A stretch of 64,000 nt of DNA, taken from NCBI GenBank assembly GCA_002633005.1, contig NMRA01000168.1:437129-501128 (forward strand), written 5' to 3'. Of this stretch, positions 40,601 to 53,954 are shown in pieces. Source of the DNA: Phoronis australis. Taxonomy: Eukaryota > Animalia > Phoronida. A model generated the notes under the pieces. The model searched no databases. It was not told the DNA's origin and saw only the letters and a program-made list of their open reading frames with translations. A program made the translations under genes and the position numbers. The stretch's first letter is position 1; every line of letters starts with the position of its first letter.

Positions 40601-43600
40601 TGTCTTCTTCTGAATTTTCCTCATTGTTTCGCCAATGTGGGAGGCATCTCCCTATTCCGCCTAATACGCCGATGATGATAATGGTGCTGGTGATGATGAT
40701 GACGAGAAAATGACTAAATAAAATAACGTTATAAATTTAGCTGATGATTCAATTGACGTGCAGTCAATATAAGGACAATCGGCAAAACCTGGAAAATCTC
40801 TAGATTGGTAAGCCGAAATGAAAAACAAGTACCATATGTTTAGAACATTGGTTTTCATAACGCCTGCTTTCAATAGAATGCTACATGTACAGGCCTAGAG
40901 CTATTAACGAGACACATATTTTGTGTAAATGTCATTTCAATCTGCGAAAAAACAAAAATCAGCTAAATTCATGTCATAGATACAATTTCTAATTGCAATT
41001 GACGTACCTATGGAATACCAGTACGAACGCACGCCGGTGGTCAAACTTGGCAAAGACTCTTCCAGATCCAGAAAACTATTCCAATCTACCGTGACGTAAG
41101 CATTAGTTGTCAAAAACCCATTAACTGCGTTTGTGACAATTACTTCACCAGGTATAGGACTGTTTGTGTCAACTATAAATCCATTGCTGCACAGGTGTTC
41201 TTCTGTTGTATCCTCTACTCCGTCAAAAACCGGTGTCTTTGGGAACTGTGCATGGACGCATATGAAGTATTTGACACCATGTAATAATTTGATGTTTGAT
41301 ATCATCACATTGTTGTCCGAGTTTTTCAGGTACGCAATGCAAGAAGGGTTACTGGAACAGTTAATAAATGGGTCTGGGGTGGTGGTCAAAAACCACGTAT
41401 AATCATAGAAAAGTTGTCCAGTAAGAAGCGCAGTGGCGCTGTCCGTTATATTTGTGAAGTCTAGCTCCGATCTATGGAGGTCTTTCAATGTTTTCGTTTG
41501 GACACTTGAAGCGTGTGCTATCCCAGCAAATCTTTTAATGTCTTTATAAGACAGTTCGTGCACTGCTTTATCGAGTGCTGTAGTTGTTGCCGATTCAAGT
41601 TCAACCTTCTTTACAATCACGGCTTTAACATTAGATAGAGAATATCCTCTCAGAAGAACATACATGCTTTGTAGCCTGTGATGGTTCCAGTAGAATTTGG
41701 CAATGTCCTGAAACACAAAAGCATGAATATAAAGCGCCGAATGAGTCTTTTAACAATTTGAATTACGCGTAATAATGAAAAAATATTTAATGACTCACCC
41801 GAGTGCGATTATAAACAGCAATCCAAGGGTTTCCAATGTCTTTCATTTTGTTGCTTGACGAAACTGTCCATTCATATCTAATCACTTCTTCAGTCGTGGT
41901 CCCATGACCTACGTGAAAACATTGCCAATGGATTGAAACTTCCGCTGTACAATTACCAGAAGTTCCTGATAGCTTGGCATTTATAAAAATATCACCAGTC
42001 GTAGGAGTGCTTGGTGCAACAATTACACCGTTTGAAATTGACGTTGACATGCACACGTGATGGAAACAAGGACGGACGTGTAATATGTATTTGTTTCCGG
42101 GAGTTAGTGTCAGGTCATTGAAGGTGCATCGTTGCTTCCTGTGTACTTTCCAAGGCAGTAAGTCGCCCACACTAACACACGACGGCGAGCACGCTTCTAC
42201 CAACACTTTGCTTTCGTAGTGTGTGACATATTTTTTAATATCTGTGGGAAAATTCCAGTACCCTGAAATCATTGTTGCATCAGACTGATAATCAACGTCT
42301 ATCTGACATGACAAAAGCTCTACAGAAATCACCTCCACAGTAGCACTTGCGTGATTGACGACATCGAAGACGTAACCTTGATTTTTCCACTCGAAATTAA
42401 AAAGCACGCGATGCGTAGAGTTGTTTGAACCAAACAACATCGTCTTGGCTGATTCGCCGTTTTGAGTCATCGTCACATTTGAAAGGTCTCCATCACTCAA
42501 GAGCTTAATGGTGAAATACGAACCTAAGTAAGGAACGACTCCAGGAAACTGAATGGAATATTTTGAATTCGGTTTAATAGAAAATCTGTTTAAACTCCCA
42601 AGGACTCTTGATTCGTCGCAACCGATACCGTCAAAAACAGACACAGAATTCATGGATATGGGACGACTAAATACCATTGCACCGTCGGAAGAAACAGTCA
42701 CGGGAAGCGACTGAGCTTTGTCAATGCTTGCCATTACAGTTGCATAAATTTTTGTGAAGTCTGGAATCTTTGGCAATAACAAACATCCAAAGTTTTCTCC
42801 ATTGTGAATGGGTGTAAAATCTATAATGTCTGTGCGTTTGTCTGAAGTTCCCAAACCAACAAAGTAGTGAATAGGGTCATTGTGTGTTTTGAATCCTCTC
42901 CACGCAACGCAGAACCTCCTCCCCTCGACATAATCAACATCATTTAGCTTGCCGTTAACAGGGTCAGCACCTATGTCATAAACAATCCCTGCAGTGGGAC
43001 GTATAGCTGATGGTATTCGAAATGGAGAAGTTTTAAAGACACTGTTTAGTCCTGCTTTGTTAAAAACTTGCAAGGCTACAATGTAGGTGTTTTCAAATCC
43101 ACCATCTGCATCCTGAAGAAGTCGCTTTTCAATTTCCAGTCCAACTCTTCCTTGGCAACAGATGGCTTTTGGTGTAAATGCTCTGAAATGAGCTACGGCT
43201 TGGACTTGTCTTTCAGTTCCTGCAACATATTCAGATTTGTCAAAGTGAAATAAACGAAAATAATCTGGGCAAAATTGACATGGTAAGTACGCGTGTTTAT
43301 ACCCGTGCCTATATAGTGAATCTGCGACCATATCAGGAATCAGGCGCATGCGGTTATATGCGAAAAACGTGAGTAAAACCGAGAATTTTTTTATAAAATA
43401 ATATCAGAGTGAAACTTGCGTGATCGATTACGAAATGATTGCTGTTAACGTGTGTTCGGTATTTAATACAAAAGGAAATATACTGACAATTGAAAAGAAA
43501 AACATAAAAAGACTCATTTTAAGACACGCAAGGCAGCACATAATAACCACCTGACTCCACACTTGAATCAAGGCGCATGTTCCTTCATGTGAAACACCTT

Positions 43601-46600
43601 AGAACAAACACATCTTACACGGATAAGCAATTATTGGTCTACAGGACAGGCATCTACAATACTAAAGTCGTCAAATGATTTTTTTTGTTCGTTGAAATCG
43701 CCAGAGCTGGCGTTTCACGTGACGTTTTTGAACACTTGTGTAATATATATACACTTCAGTTACCGTAGTTCACAAAACTTCCAGACAAATTTTGACACCG
43801 ATTTTTGATAAGTTACTCCGACGCAGTAGTAACGCCAAATACAATATTATTGCATTTGTCATTTCTCTGATTAGAGATCATCCGGTCCATTTTGATACAC
43901 CAGTGCTTGCGACTATATACCATGGTTTTAAACTATTGTTTACCTACCAATAGCTATATGATACTCTCCAATGCCGTCTGAATACTCCTCATCGTAAAAT
44001 GAACCAACAGCCCAGGATACTACAATTGGGTCATCATGTTTGAAGCCCATGTCAACTTGCAAAGTACCAACCATCCGAGGGGGTGTCTCATCCACCAGAA
44101 TAGGTCCAAGTGATAACTGGTTTTGAAGTCCGGACTCGCTAATCACAATCATTTGAACGAATATTTCGTTACCTTCGTCCAGCCCAGAAAATATTTCAGT
44201 AAAAAAATTTGCCCCACGCGTAGATTTTAAAGTTGATAAGTCTTTGCTGACACCAATTCTGTAGTCATGAATTGGAGATGAGTTGGATGTTTTCCAGTGG
44301 AGACGAATGTGGTCCGTTGTTATGAACTTTGGCAATGACTCGTTGTAAAATGGTTTGATTTTACATATTTTTGCACTGGTCTTGCTGTCAAACACTGAAA
44401 CGTTGGACGACGAAGGAAGAGCTGGTATCAAGTGTATGCTATCGTGATGTTCATGTAAACATTTCAGCTGGCATTCAGGCACTGGCGACAAGCGTCTTCT
44501 GGTAAAGTTTCCAAGCACATACCAAATTTCAGATTCATTACCGTTGATACATGCGACTCCTTCATGAACGTGTAGGCCTTCCAAATAGATGTCTCTAAAC
44601 TGTGGCAATAAGCTGTCCACCAGTACACCGTTAGAGCAGGCGGGCTCAGAAGGTTCGTTAGCACCGTTGTAAGCTACTACACTTAGGTAGTATTCACCAT
44701 CTGTGTTGACAACATCTGTTCCATATGGAAGTGTTGTTTTTTTACCTTTGGTGTTTAATTCGTGTTTTGAGAGACAGTGACCAGCAAAAGCATATTTGTA
44801 GTACAGAATGGCGCTTTCGTGGTCGTAAAAACCATGCCAAGCGCCGGACAGACTCTTGTCACTTTGATATTGGACGTCATACTCGGAATCCATGGGACCG
44901 TCACGTGCAACTCCTGTTATTGGTGGAGACGCATCCACGAGAATTCTGACAGAGTAAGGTGCCGCTGATAGAAGAGCTCTATTTCTGGCAGTCAGAGTGA
45001 TAAAGTACTCGCGATTGTGATCTCCCTTGTTCTTGCTCTCACCGACCAATTTATTTAGGTTGATGGAATAGTTGAAATTCTCGCACGGACTTTCCAAGAC
45101 TGTAGGACAGTAAACGTTTGGTCCCTTGAGAGCTCCCTGAAACATTCTCAAAGCATTACATAATTGGCATATGGAAAGAGTAAAACTCCATCTGTGAACA
45201 ATAAAAACTCATACAGAGGGTTTCAATACAGCGTCCGTTGATTGAATGCGGTCATTGGGCGCTTTATTGGAAATTAAGAAAAAAAAATAACCCCGGGAGT
45301 TGTTTGGGAAGATATACAACTGGTGATTTGTACCTGTTATGTTTTTCATTACCATGTTTCCATTTTGGGGCAGTTTGGACCATAACGCCGCCAGTTTAGG
45401 TTAACAAATTACGGTTAATTTCATTCATGGAACCCAAGACAACAAACAGAATTAAAGTGTGCTGGAATTGCTAGCTCTTGGCTAGTGTTTCTGCGTCTTC
45501 CAGTCACTGCGAAAGATTCAGTTCCAGCTTGTCACGAATAAATGTGGTGTTCTCAGCTAGCACATGACTAATAATCCTTATACCGTATCAGGTTTTACAG
45601 CAACAGCGAAACAAAGAAAAATGATAACTGCTTTACTTTCACAACCTATGCGGATGCCATTCTCTTTTGAAATGATGACAACCTCGACCAGCCAAATCAC
45701 AATAAAATAAAGAAATTCATTGGAAATCCTTCTGTGCAATGAATGCTAAGTGTTCACATAAAATGAACACAATACTTAAAGCACGGTAATCATTTCAAAT
45801 CTATCAGTTTGGATAGCAAAATCATGTTCCCAAAAACACGTTCTGAAGAAATCGTTGTTCCCAGAACCATGTCCTGGGCGCTTTATCGCAAATCCAAATT
45901 ACGCATTGACCTAGTGACGGCTGAGTTGCAGTATTATATCTTACAGGTGTTACTTACTTGTGTAGTACTGTTGAAAACAACGCCCCATTTACACTTAACA
46001 CCTATGCACAAAATGAACATCGTCGCTTTCAATAGAACATATTTTAAAGAAAATTTACTGTCTAACTACTCTTATTTCATATAGTATATAGAACCGTAGA
46101 CAAAACTGGATACATGTCGATGTTCGTCCTTCAAACCACAAACCATACCTTTACGATGGGAAGAGAACCTTTGCTGATATCAGAGCCACCATCTGAAGTA
46201 CCAAGCATCCAACTAATGTCCTGTAAACCACTGTCAACATCCATTGCATTAAAGCGGAAATTCATTTTTGACAGGTCAGTTACGCTGTGAACAAACAGTT
46301 CATTTAAACCGTTAAACGTTATCCCGGCCGCGGTGAAATATGGCGGCGTCGAATCGATGCTGACGACGACACTGTCATTCACAATATTTCCCATTACATC
46401 CATGGCTTGCACTATTACTTTATATGTATCTCCATTTTTCATTGTTTCGACTGGTTGAAAGTTCATAACGGTGTCTAATGGATTCCGCAGACTATTAAAT
46501 CGAAATGTTTTATGGGGCAGTAGTATGACAGCAGTTTTGAATTCCACGATGCCATCCACATTTGGCGTTCCAGACACGGGTAGCTCTCCCGTAACTTGGT

Positions 46601-49600
46601 CATAGTAGCCTGAAACGGCGGAACTAGTCTGAACAGGTCTGAGCATGTTGCTGTGGCCAAGGAAATCGTTGTAGAAATGCTTCGTCCAGTTTACGGCGAT
46701 TGTTCCAACATTCACTTGCCAACGATACTCTGTGCCTTCGTCTGCAGACACCACTCGAAGAGGATATGTTGTGCTCGAACGAATTTGAGAGTCAGGGTCA
46801 TACAAAACAAACCGCCTAGCATGATTTACGTTTCCTACTTTATCTTTAACTTCGGCAACTGTAGCGTAAAGTCCCTTTTCCAGCAAGGTGAAAAGCACGG
46901 TACCCTCGCCAGTTGTGTCATTTATTGTCGTGTCCCCAATTTTATCGCCGATGTCCAGTTTGGTGGGAGTTTTCTCAACTACTTTATTCAAGGAAATGAC
47001 AATATGGTCTATTCCGGAAGCTAAGTTTACACCACCAGATGGAGGACTGGGATCTAACCATCCTCCGTATGTAACAAACACTGTAGAATTCTTCGTTATC
47101 CGGTTCACAATACCTATGGGATCAGCACGGTAGGGTGCCCTGGGAGGACAAGACGATGCTTCTGAACAATGAATTGGTGGCTGGTTGTCATAAATGAGAC
47201 AAACTGTCTTTGTGTCTGTTGTTTCTCTATAGAATATTTTGTTAGAGACTTTATTCTCCACAAGGTCTTTACTTCTGAAGTATCCTCCGGCAGTAGCTTG
47301 ATACTGGATACAATACCTATAGAATGGGGAGGAACATGAGGTGAACCCCTTATACAACTCGATTTGCCATGAATTTGCGCAAATGATGAATATACAGAGG
47401 TTGCCCAAGAATAGAGTTTGCAATATTTCTGATTTGAAGTATTTTATTCTTTTCATCTCCAGAAATTTATAACCTGTACTACTGCGCTTGCGCCAAATCT
47501 TGCCAGCAGCCCTCCATATAAGATATACAAGGGAACGAAATACTATTAACAATTTAAATGTCAATGGAGATGACTAAGCAACTTGCTGATAGTCTGTTGC
47601 AGAGAGTAGATGCTAAGACTTCTCACTGCCAAATATCAGCGTTATTGGTGAAGTCTACGCCCCTTCAGTTTTGAAATTTGCCTGTTCAGGTCCATGTAAA
47701 CAACTGTCCGGATGTCAATATTTGAACATACAGCTCATTTTAAGTGACCCAGAAATCATGCCGTAAATACAGCAGTGATATGTCTGGTTTTGGAATTGTT
47801 AGTGGCCAGGCGAATGTGAAATGATACACAAAATCGCTTCCGTGCCAGATTTTATTGACTAATCATACACTAACGTCTGAAAATTACGTAATTCACCCTT
47901 AAAGATGGAATATATGGTTTCTATTACTACGTTATCTTTTGAATTATTTTACTGTTACGTACATATGTATTCCGTACACAAACATGTTATGGAAAACATT
48001 TGAAGATTAATGAAAAACGTTTGGGCCGCATAGAAAATGCAAGCTCAGTCATGGGCCACTGCGCCGACCCGCTATCATTGACTGTTGCTTCGTTGGTTCA
48101 ATGTATAAGTTTAATATCAGCAAAATGTAGCCCCAGTTACACAGCTCCCACTATTATATTGTAGACTGTGTATTCTAGAGGATCCAATCACTGGTGATTT
48201 ATTGGATGTTCTCGAGACAACACTGATGTTGGTCTCAATGCAGTTGCGACTAGTAGTGTAAAGTCCTAGTTCAATGACTTTTGAAATATTCATACCTTCT
48301 GGTGATTGACTAGGGTGACCATGTGTCATGGCGCTAAACGTCACGTAGCACATGAAATAAATTAAAGATTCATTGCGATGGTTGTTTGGAACACACAATT
48401 TGAAGGTGTAAAAAGTATCGGAAATTAAGCTCGTGATTTTTGTATACACGGCTTAGGTATCCGCATTTTTCTGAAATGATAATCATAGATCACCGGCAAT
48501 GGAACTTCAATAGAGATTCTCTTTCGTACGAAATATAAGATACACACTTCAGATGCATTTCAATTAGAATAATATATTTTTTATTATTTTCATTGGCTGA
48601 ATCATGAACGTCCGTAAGAACTGGGACTAAATTGTATCTGAAATATACTTTTTACACTTAATAAGGCTTTTAGCGTTTTGCATGTGCTACATAGTTACAA
48701 GAATATCCAATAGAAGGAAGTGCGTGTTCTAGGTTGTCTGTTCGTCTTGTCGTCAATGACTAAGGTGGCACTTATTAGTTAGGCTGCAGCCGTGACCAGT
48801 TTGTACTTCATAAAAACAAAAATCTATGGGTTGGCTAGGCTTGGGGGCAGGTTTTAGGTAGGCGTTGCATGTATGCTCAGTGAATGTGGCTGTTTGTATT
48901 TGTGAGCTTAATGGGCATGAGAAAAGACCACTTGCTTAGTTGTAACTGCACTCTTCTTCAAGATGGCGGCCCCCTGTTGCATTTGTGCATCGCTGGGTAG
49001 CGACTCAGAAATAGGCTGCAATTTCATGTAGCCCTCAAAGAAGACAGAATGGCGTTTCTGTGCTCAGTTGTAGGGCTTGCGATCAGAAGTGACTCAAAAG
49101 TGAGTCGATTATTTTCAAACAGGTTTCGACATAGCGAAGAAAATATGGCGAGTCCATTGACGTTTTCTGTAAGGCAGTGTTCAGTGAAAACTGTTGGGTT
49201 CCCCTAAGCTTTGTCAAGAATTTGTAAAATTAGTTAGCTCTTAGCGCCAAGACACATGCTTACCCTTACCGATCATAGTAACGGATGGAGTAAGCCAACG
49301 ATCAGTGACCAAGAATAGTTTACGATACATTATCCGTATATAGTTGGTACCCCTGGAATTCACAGTCTACAGAATGGGAGTGGTCAAAATGGGTCACCAT
49401 GATGATAACAGAGTGTTAACCTGTTAAAAGGAATATATGCGAACGGAATATTATCAACAATGTGGGAGTTGCTGGCAAGGTTAAGCGCATGCGCAGTGGT
49501 GCTTTTTGCAAACATCCAGTGATGTGGTGAGCGTTTCATTGGCATTCGTAACTTACTTACAGGTAAGAGTTAGGCTTTACCATATCTACACTATTTTCTT

Positions 49601-52600
49601 ATTTTATGTATGTCCTTCGTGTATCTTTTATATTCGGTTCTCTTTTCCAAGTACGGAAACCAGATATTGCTGTCATTCTTGGGCTCTATAAACATCCTGT
49701 AAAAACTTGAAAGTTTATTCAATAGTGAAAACAGATTTAAAGTACATTGACTCTCAGTATAAATTCTTACTTTGACCCATTTTCAAGGTGAGGTCCTTCA
49801 AACCTAACTAGGCTGTCACACGTAACTGCAGAGGCTTGAGGACTTATTGAGGAGTATTGATGAGTACAATTGTCAAGTGACCTTGAAGGACCCGTGTACA
49901 CTGTCGTGCCTGTGCAAATTTAAACATGCAGATGAAAAACAAATACGTAGATAAATAAATAAATATCAGTAAAATGAATGTAGAATGGATTCGTTCAGAA
50001 ATTGTGTGGATGTTACGGAAATTCCCTCGATTTTACTTGCGGGCTTGACGCTAAGCATAACGTCAACTCAAAAATCCCAGATAGTCAAACGGGAACAAGA
50101 ACTAGACAAAACAAGGAGGTGCGAAAATCCTCGATCCTATACACAACGCATATTTGAAAGTTCAGCCAAAAGTGAAAAAAGGATATCCACCGGAACATCC
50201 GAGATCAGGAACCGGGCCGCCTATTTACTTTCTGAGTTGAACGAAAAATTGTGAGTATATGGTGTGCTAATGATCAATTTTCAATCGGACCGGATACCCC
50301 TGCCAGATTCACATTCTACCAAGGGAGAAGCAAACAGCCAGCACACGTTTTGTCTACACGAGTCATGAACAGACCCTTCTGGTTTTACTGAACGCTTCTG
50401 ACTCATATCTGTTCCCTTCCTGCAATAGTTTGCATTTTGAGCGCGTGGTCACCTAGGTGAGCTGCAGGCCACCAAATAGAGCCCTGGCCCGTGGAACAGT
50501 CTTCGTGCAATCGAAGTTGCGGGTAATACGTCTTTGGCGTGTGGCCTTACTAGTCCATTGATATCCTCGAATTTACTTCTTTATGGCAAAATTTTCAACA
50601 AAATGGCCGACGAAGCACACTTGAAGTACGCTATTAAGACTTATCTAACACACAAAACCTTATGAACCCGAAAGAGGCCAATTCAAATAAATACCAGAAG
50701 GGCTGTAGGTGGTTATCCGTGTTGACGCTTTCACAATGCCGAAGTGATAGTCATGTATATGGCTTGGCAGTGCTGGGAAGTTCGTCGGTATGAACTTAAA
50801 GGTGAACGTGTAGACTATGGCAGCTGGTTGAAACCTGCTGAAGAAGTCCTGTTGGAATTTGCAGGCGGTTGGTTTTCCGTGTGGCACTTCTGAAGCGGCG
50901 TAATCTGTATTTGCACTAACAGCTCTCGTAAAACACGACAGCAACTCAGGCTTCATACTGGAAACTAAAACCGATGAAATTTAAGGTTATATACATAAAA
51001 ACCCTGTTTTTGATGACTAAAAAGGAATCTCTTATGCTCCAACAGTCTCACGGATTCTGCAATGGTGTTCGTGTAGTAACATTATTTGTTCATCAGATCT
51101 ACGATACAGGCACATAGAACAGACGAATATTTATGGCAACAGATGCAACAGCTTATGCCTACAATAACCAGTATTCCTTCCCAATACAATGTTTATTAGT
51201 CAAGTGAAATCTATTTCAACCACAAACAAATCGCCCAAACGTAAATGCAACGTCTTAAAATAGGCACTTGATCATTGTAACTACGAAAGTTAGATAACTA
51301 CTTACTTTGGCACATTCCTCCAGATTCTTTTACAAATCCCGGAATGCAGCTGCACGAAGAAAGTAAACCTAAGTTGCCACACGTGCCCGGCCAGCACCAC
51401 CGGTTTCTAAGCCATGAGCATTTACCTGAGAAAACATTTGCAAGATAACGTTCGCGGAAACGATATTGTTATAACAGTATGCCGTGTTGAGAGATACACT
51501 TTCAAGAACCACTGAGAACAGGTGCATTAAAATGTATAAAGTATTTATTCGCATTCGTTTCGGGTTAAGAGTGTAAACAAAACTATTAAACGGAAAAGTC
51601 ATTCCATCGACAAGTTAGTGGAATTAGCTAAATATCTGCAAAACTAAAGAATTTGACTGTGTAAAGGTAAAAATTTTCTAAACGTAGAAAGCAGGTAAAA
51701 ATTTAATTCTTTTGGCTTCTTAGCAATCTGCTAATAATTGCGTCACACGAATGACCTTTTTAAAATTTATCAAAAAGAAAACGCATTCAGACTAAAACGA
51801 ATGTTCAGATAATATGAACAAATTTCATTATGTGCAATACTTTGGAGAAAAGTTCTCAAGTCATAACAAGTGAGCAGGTCATTTGAATCGGACCTACCAT
51901 TTCTGAGGCGGGATGTTACGAAGCTCTGACATTTCCAGGGTTATTAAATGCCACAATAACTTGCACAAAACTAGTCAAAATTCAATCATATCAGCGAATT
52001 AACTCTTATTTTTGTATACTTACTAATGCATCTATTGTCCATCAAATGGTAAGCGGAACCTGTGTGAAGCTTACACTCGATACAGGTTTTTTGTGATGGC
52101 CCATCGGTACACGTCATTTTAGCGCAGTTGGCAATTTCATCAACTGGGCATGCTGCAAACAAATAGTCAAAAGTATTCTGAACAACTTCCAAAATACATC
52201 ATAATTTACTGACCCAAAGCTGTTTTGTTTTGGTATGGTCACCAAAACAGCCTTTATCTGATCTAAAGTGATGATATGGACGAACAATTAAACAGCAAGA
52301 GATCTTTTAATTAAAGTGCCCATGGGTCTTCCGCAGGTTACCGCATTATGCACAACTGCTATCTGAATGTTCTTACCTTCACATTTCGGAGAGTAATACC
52401 CTTGTTGACATCTGGAGCAATAGTTCATTGAAGTGCATGTCCCACCGTTAGGACACGTAGACTTCCCAAAGCACAGACCTGCGGTCAAATGTTCATTTAC
52501 ATAAAAGTCCGAGAAGTACTACAACAATGGGTTCGAAATAATTCAAAGTTATTTGTAAGTTCAAAACTCATTATTTCGGCCTAATCAGTATGTACAATCA

Positions 52601-53954
52601 ATGATGATCGTTCACTACATGGGGCTGATGATGACAACTGATAATGATGAAATGAATGATGATGATGATGATGATGATGTCGTTGAAGTTATAATGACTA
52701 TGAGGATGTCGATGATGATGATGGGGTTGGTGGTGGTGGTTTAGGTGGTATGGCAGGGGTTGGTGATAGATGATGGATATCATTGATGACCACTGAAGAA
52801 GGAGATGATGCAGTTGCCCGTAACATGTACACATGCATACGTAGATACCTTGATTTTAATTGCAGTACCTTTACTGCATACATAGATTTTATTTGTTTAA
52901 AAACATTTGTAACACGTTAAACCTTATTTAGATATGTCTTCAGTTTACATTAACTTATAATTCGTGTAACAATGAGCGTTGGCAGACTAGGGCGGGGGTT
53001 GAATATTATGCTATTACAACTATAGTTACTAGTGAGGTCAAAGACATTGCTGTTGCACATTTTTTCTGTACTCATGGCTGGATTCGTAATCGCGTAAACA
53101 TGTTGTATTGCCTGGACTCACTTATACACGAATACTGCGCGGACAAATACTTTTTATCACCAACACAGGGGTCGCCAAAGACGCTGTTTTCAGCTGGTAC
53201 AGAACAGCTTCTTTGATAATCACATCGGTTGCTCATGACTTGTCTGGGATAGTTCCGCCACTGGCAATTGCCAAGGCCATATGATGCACGTGATATTTTG
53301 ATGACTTGGCCTCTGTTGCATGACAAATATATGGTAGCATGCTCTTTGACGGTGTCAGACCTGAAAGCAGAATACAAATTTGTTTGAATTCAAGAGCCTT
53401 AATAGCACAAATCTGTAGTGGTTTGTATTATTATTCTTTTATCCAATGATTTGTAAGAAAAAACCTATCCGGACACGAAAGAGCTTGTAAACACGTTTTG
53501 AGTCGTTAAGCGAAGAGATCCAACGGTTTAAAATATTAAAATGTCTGAGAAATCCTAAATTGGTGCCAAATGAGTCTATTAGGAGAGTTTTAAACATTGC
53601 ACACGATTCAAAGTGACAGAGCATCTGTCAAGTTCAAAAGAAACACAATAAATGCTTTGAAATAGTACACATGAATATCACCACTCGAAATTATTTTCCG
53701 TTGGTGAAAGGTCACAATGCAAAGCTTCGATAAATAAGCTAGAAAGGCTTTGCACCTAACAACAGAGCTAGCTCAACAAGTCAATTTTCCAACCACTACA
53801 TCCATGTTGCCGTGTTTTATACTGCAAGTGCAAGCTATACCTAATCTTTATGAAGTCTCTTGTAACCACAAAGACAAAAGTTTCCTCACCGTGTGATTGC
53901 TTTCGCATAAGATGCGAGCGAAAGCAAAACACAAAATTGAACAAAGGAACCCAT
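28628..53954 (-). CDS. Giant secreted protein: SUEL (rhamnose/galactose-binding) lectin, EGF-like/Cys-rich modules and tandem FN3/Ig-like DxxPP repeats; 19 exons, about 3337 aa
   Basis: Exons in transcript order: 53954-53890, 53360-53122, 52478-52377, 52152-52024, 51425-51306, 50964-50695, 49909-49771, 47316-46149, 45136-43948, 43219-41799, 41707-41008, 40233-40117, 39732-39422, 38955-38700, 37925-37739, 37318-35745, 35059-33839, 32591-32058, 28899-28628. All GT-AG, phases consistent, 10014 nt. Signal MGSFVQFCVLLSLASYAKA; SUEL LSC..I.I.RASYG...SCSVPAENSVFGDPCVGDKKYL..YSC; EGF CPNGGTC..C..CQQGYYSPKC; repeats WxGFxDxxSGI..Y..xVG...LxxGxKYYxxVxAxNxAGL...S.GxxVDxTPP. No transmembrane segment seen. 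Confidence 0.88.
29151..29447. mobile_element. MITE, CAGTGGCGGATC family
   Basis: Starts CAGTGGCGGATCTAC, ends GGATCCACCGCTG; in the last intron of the giant gene. Confidence 0.7.
31330..31464 (-). mobile_element. Partial inverted copy of the 12506-12734 MITE
   Basis: Reverse complement reads caatggcggatctgcgttttcagtaagggggggtaggattc...cctcccgtgtaaga, matching the left part of the 12506 element. Left boundary approximate. Confidence 0.7.
35563..35690 (-). repeat. ~130-bp interspersed repeat (copy of 18911-19038)
   Basis: Reverse-complement match to 18911-19038; lies about 55 bp inside an intron of the giant gene. Confidence 0.85.
38208..38657. mobile_element. Intronic MITE with ~28-bp imperfect TIRs and subterminal GGTTCACTA repeats
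   Basis: Left tcaccactccaaaggttcactact versus right agtagtgaaccttgggggtagtga. A GTTCA(C/T)T motif repeats four times at 38221-38285. Confidence 0.6.
52598..52812. repeat. (GAT/GGT)n low-complexity repeat
   Basis: Intronic trinucleotide runs that produce the His/Ile/Pro-rich pseudo-ORFs. A similar run lies at about 40420-40490. Confidence 0.85.

Noticed and set aside
48117-48449. Extra exon of the giant gene
   Set aside because: Exons 49909-49771 and 47316-46149 join in phase without it, and it lacks convincing splice sites and repeat motifs.
48959-48970. YY1-like motif AAGATGGCGGC as an internal promoter
   Set aside because: A single short intronic motif with no associated ORF or other support.
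52598-52883. His/Pro-rich ORFs
   Set aside because: Products of (GAT/GGT)n low-complexity intronic sequence.
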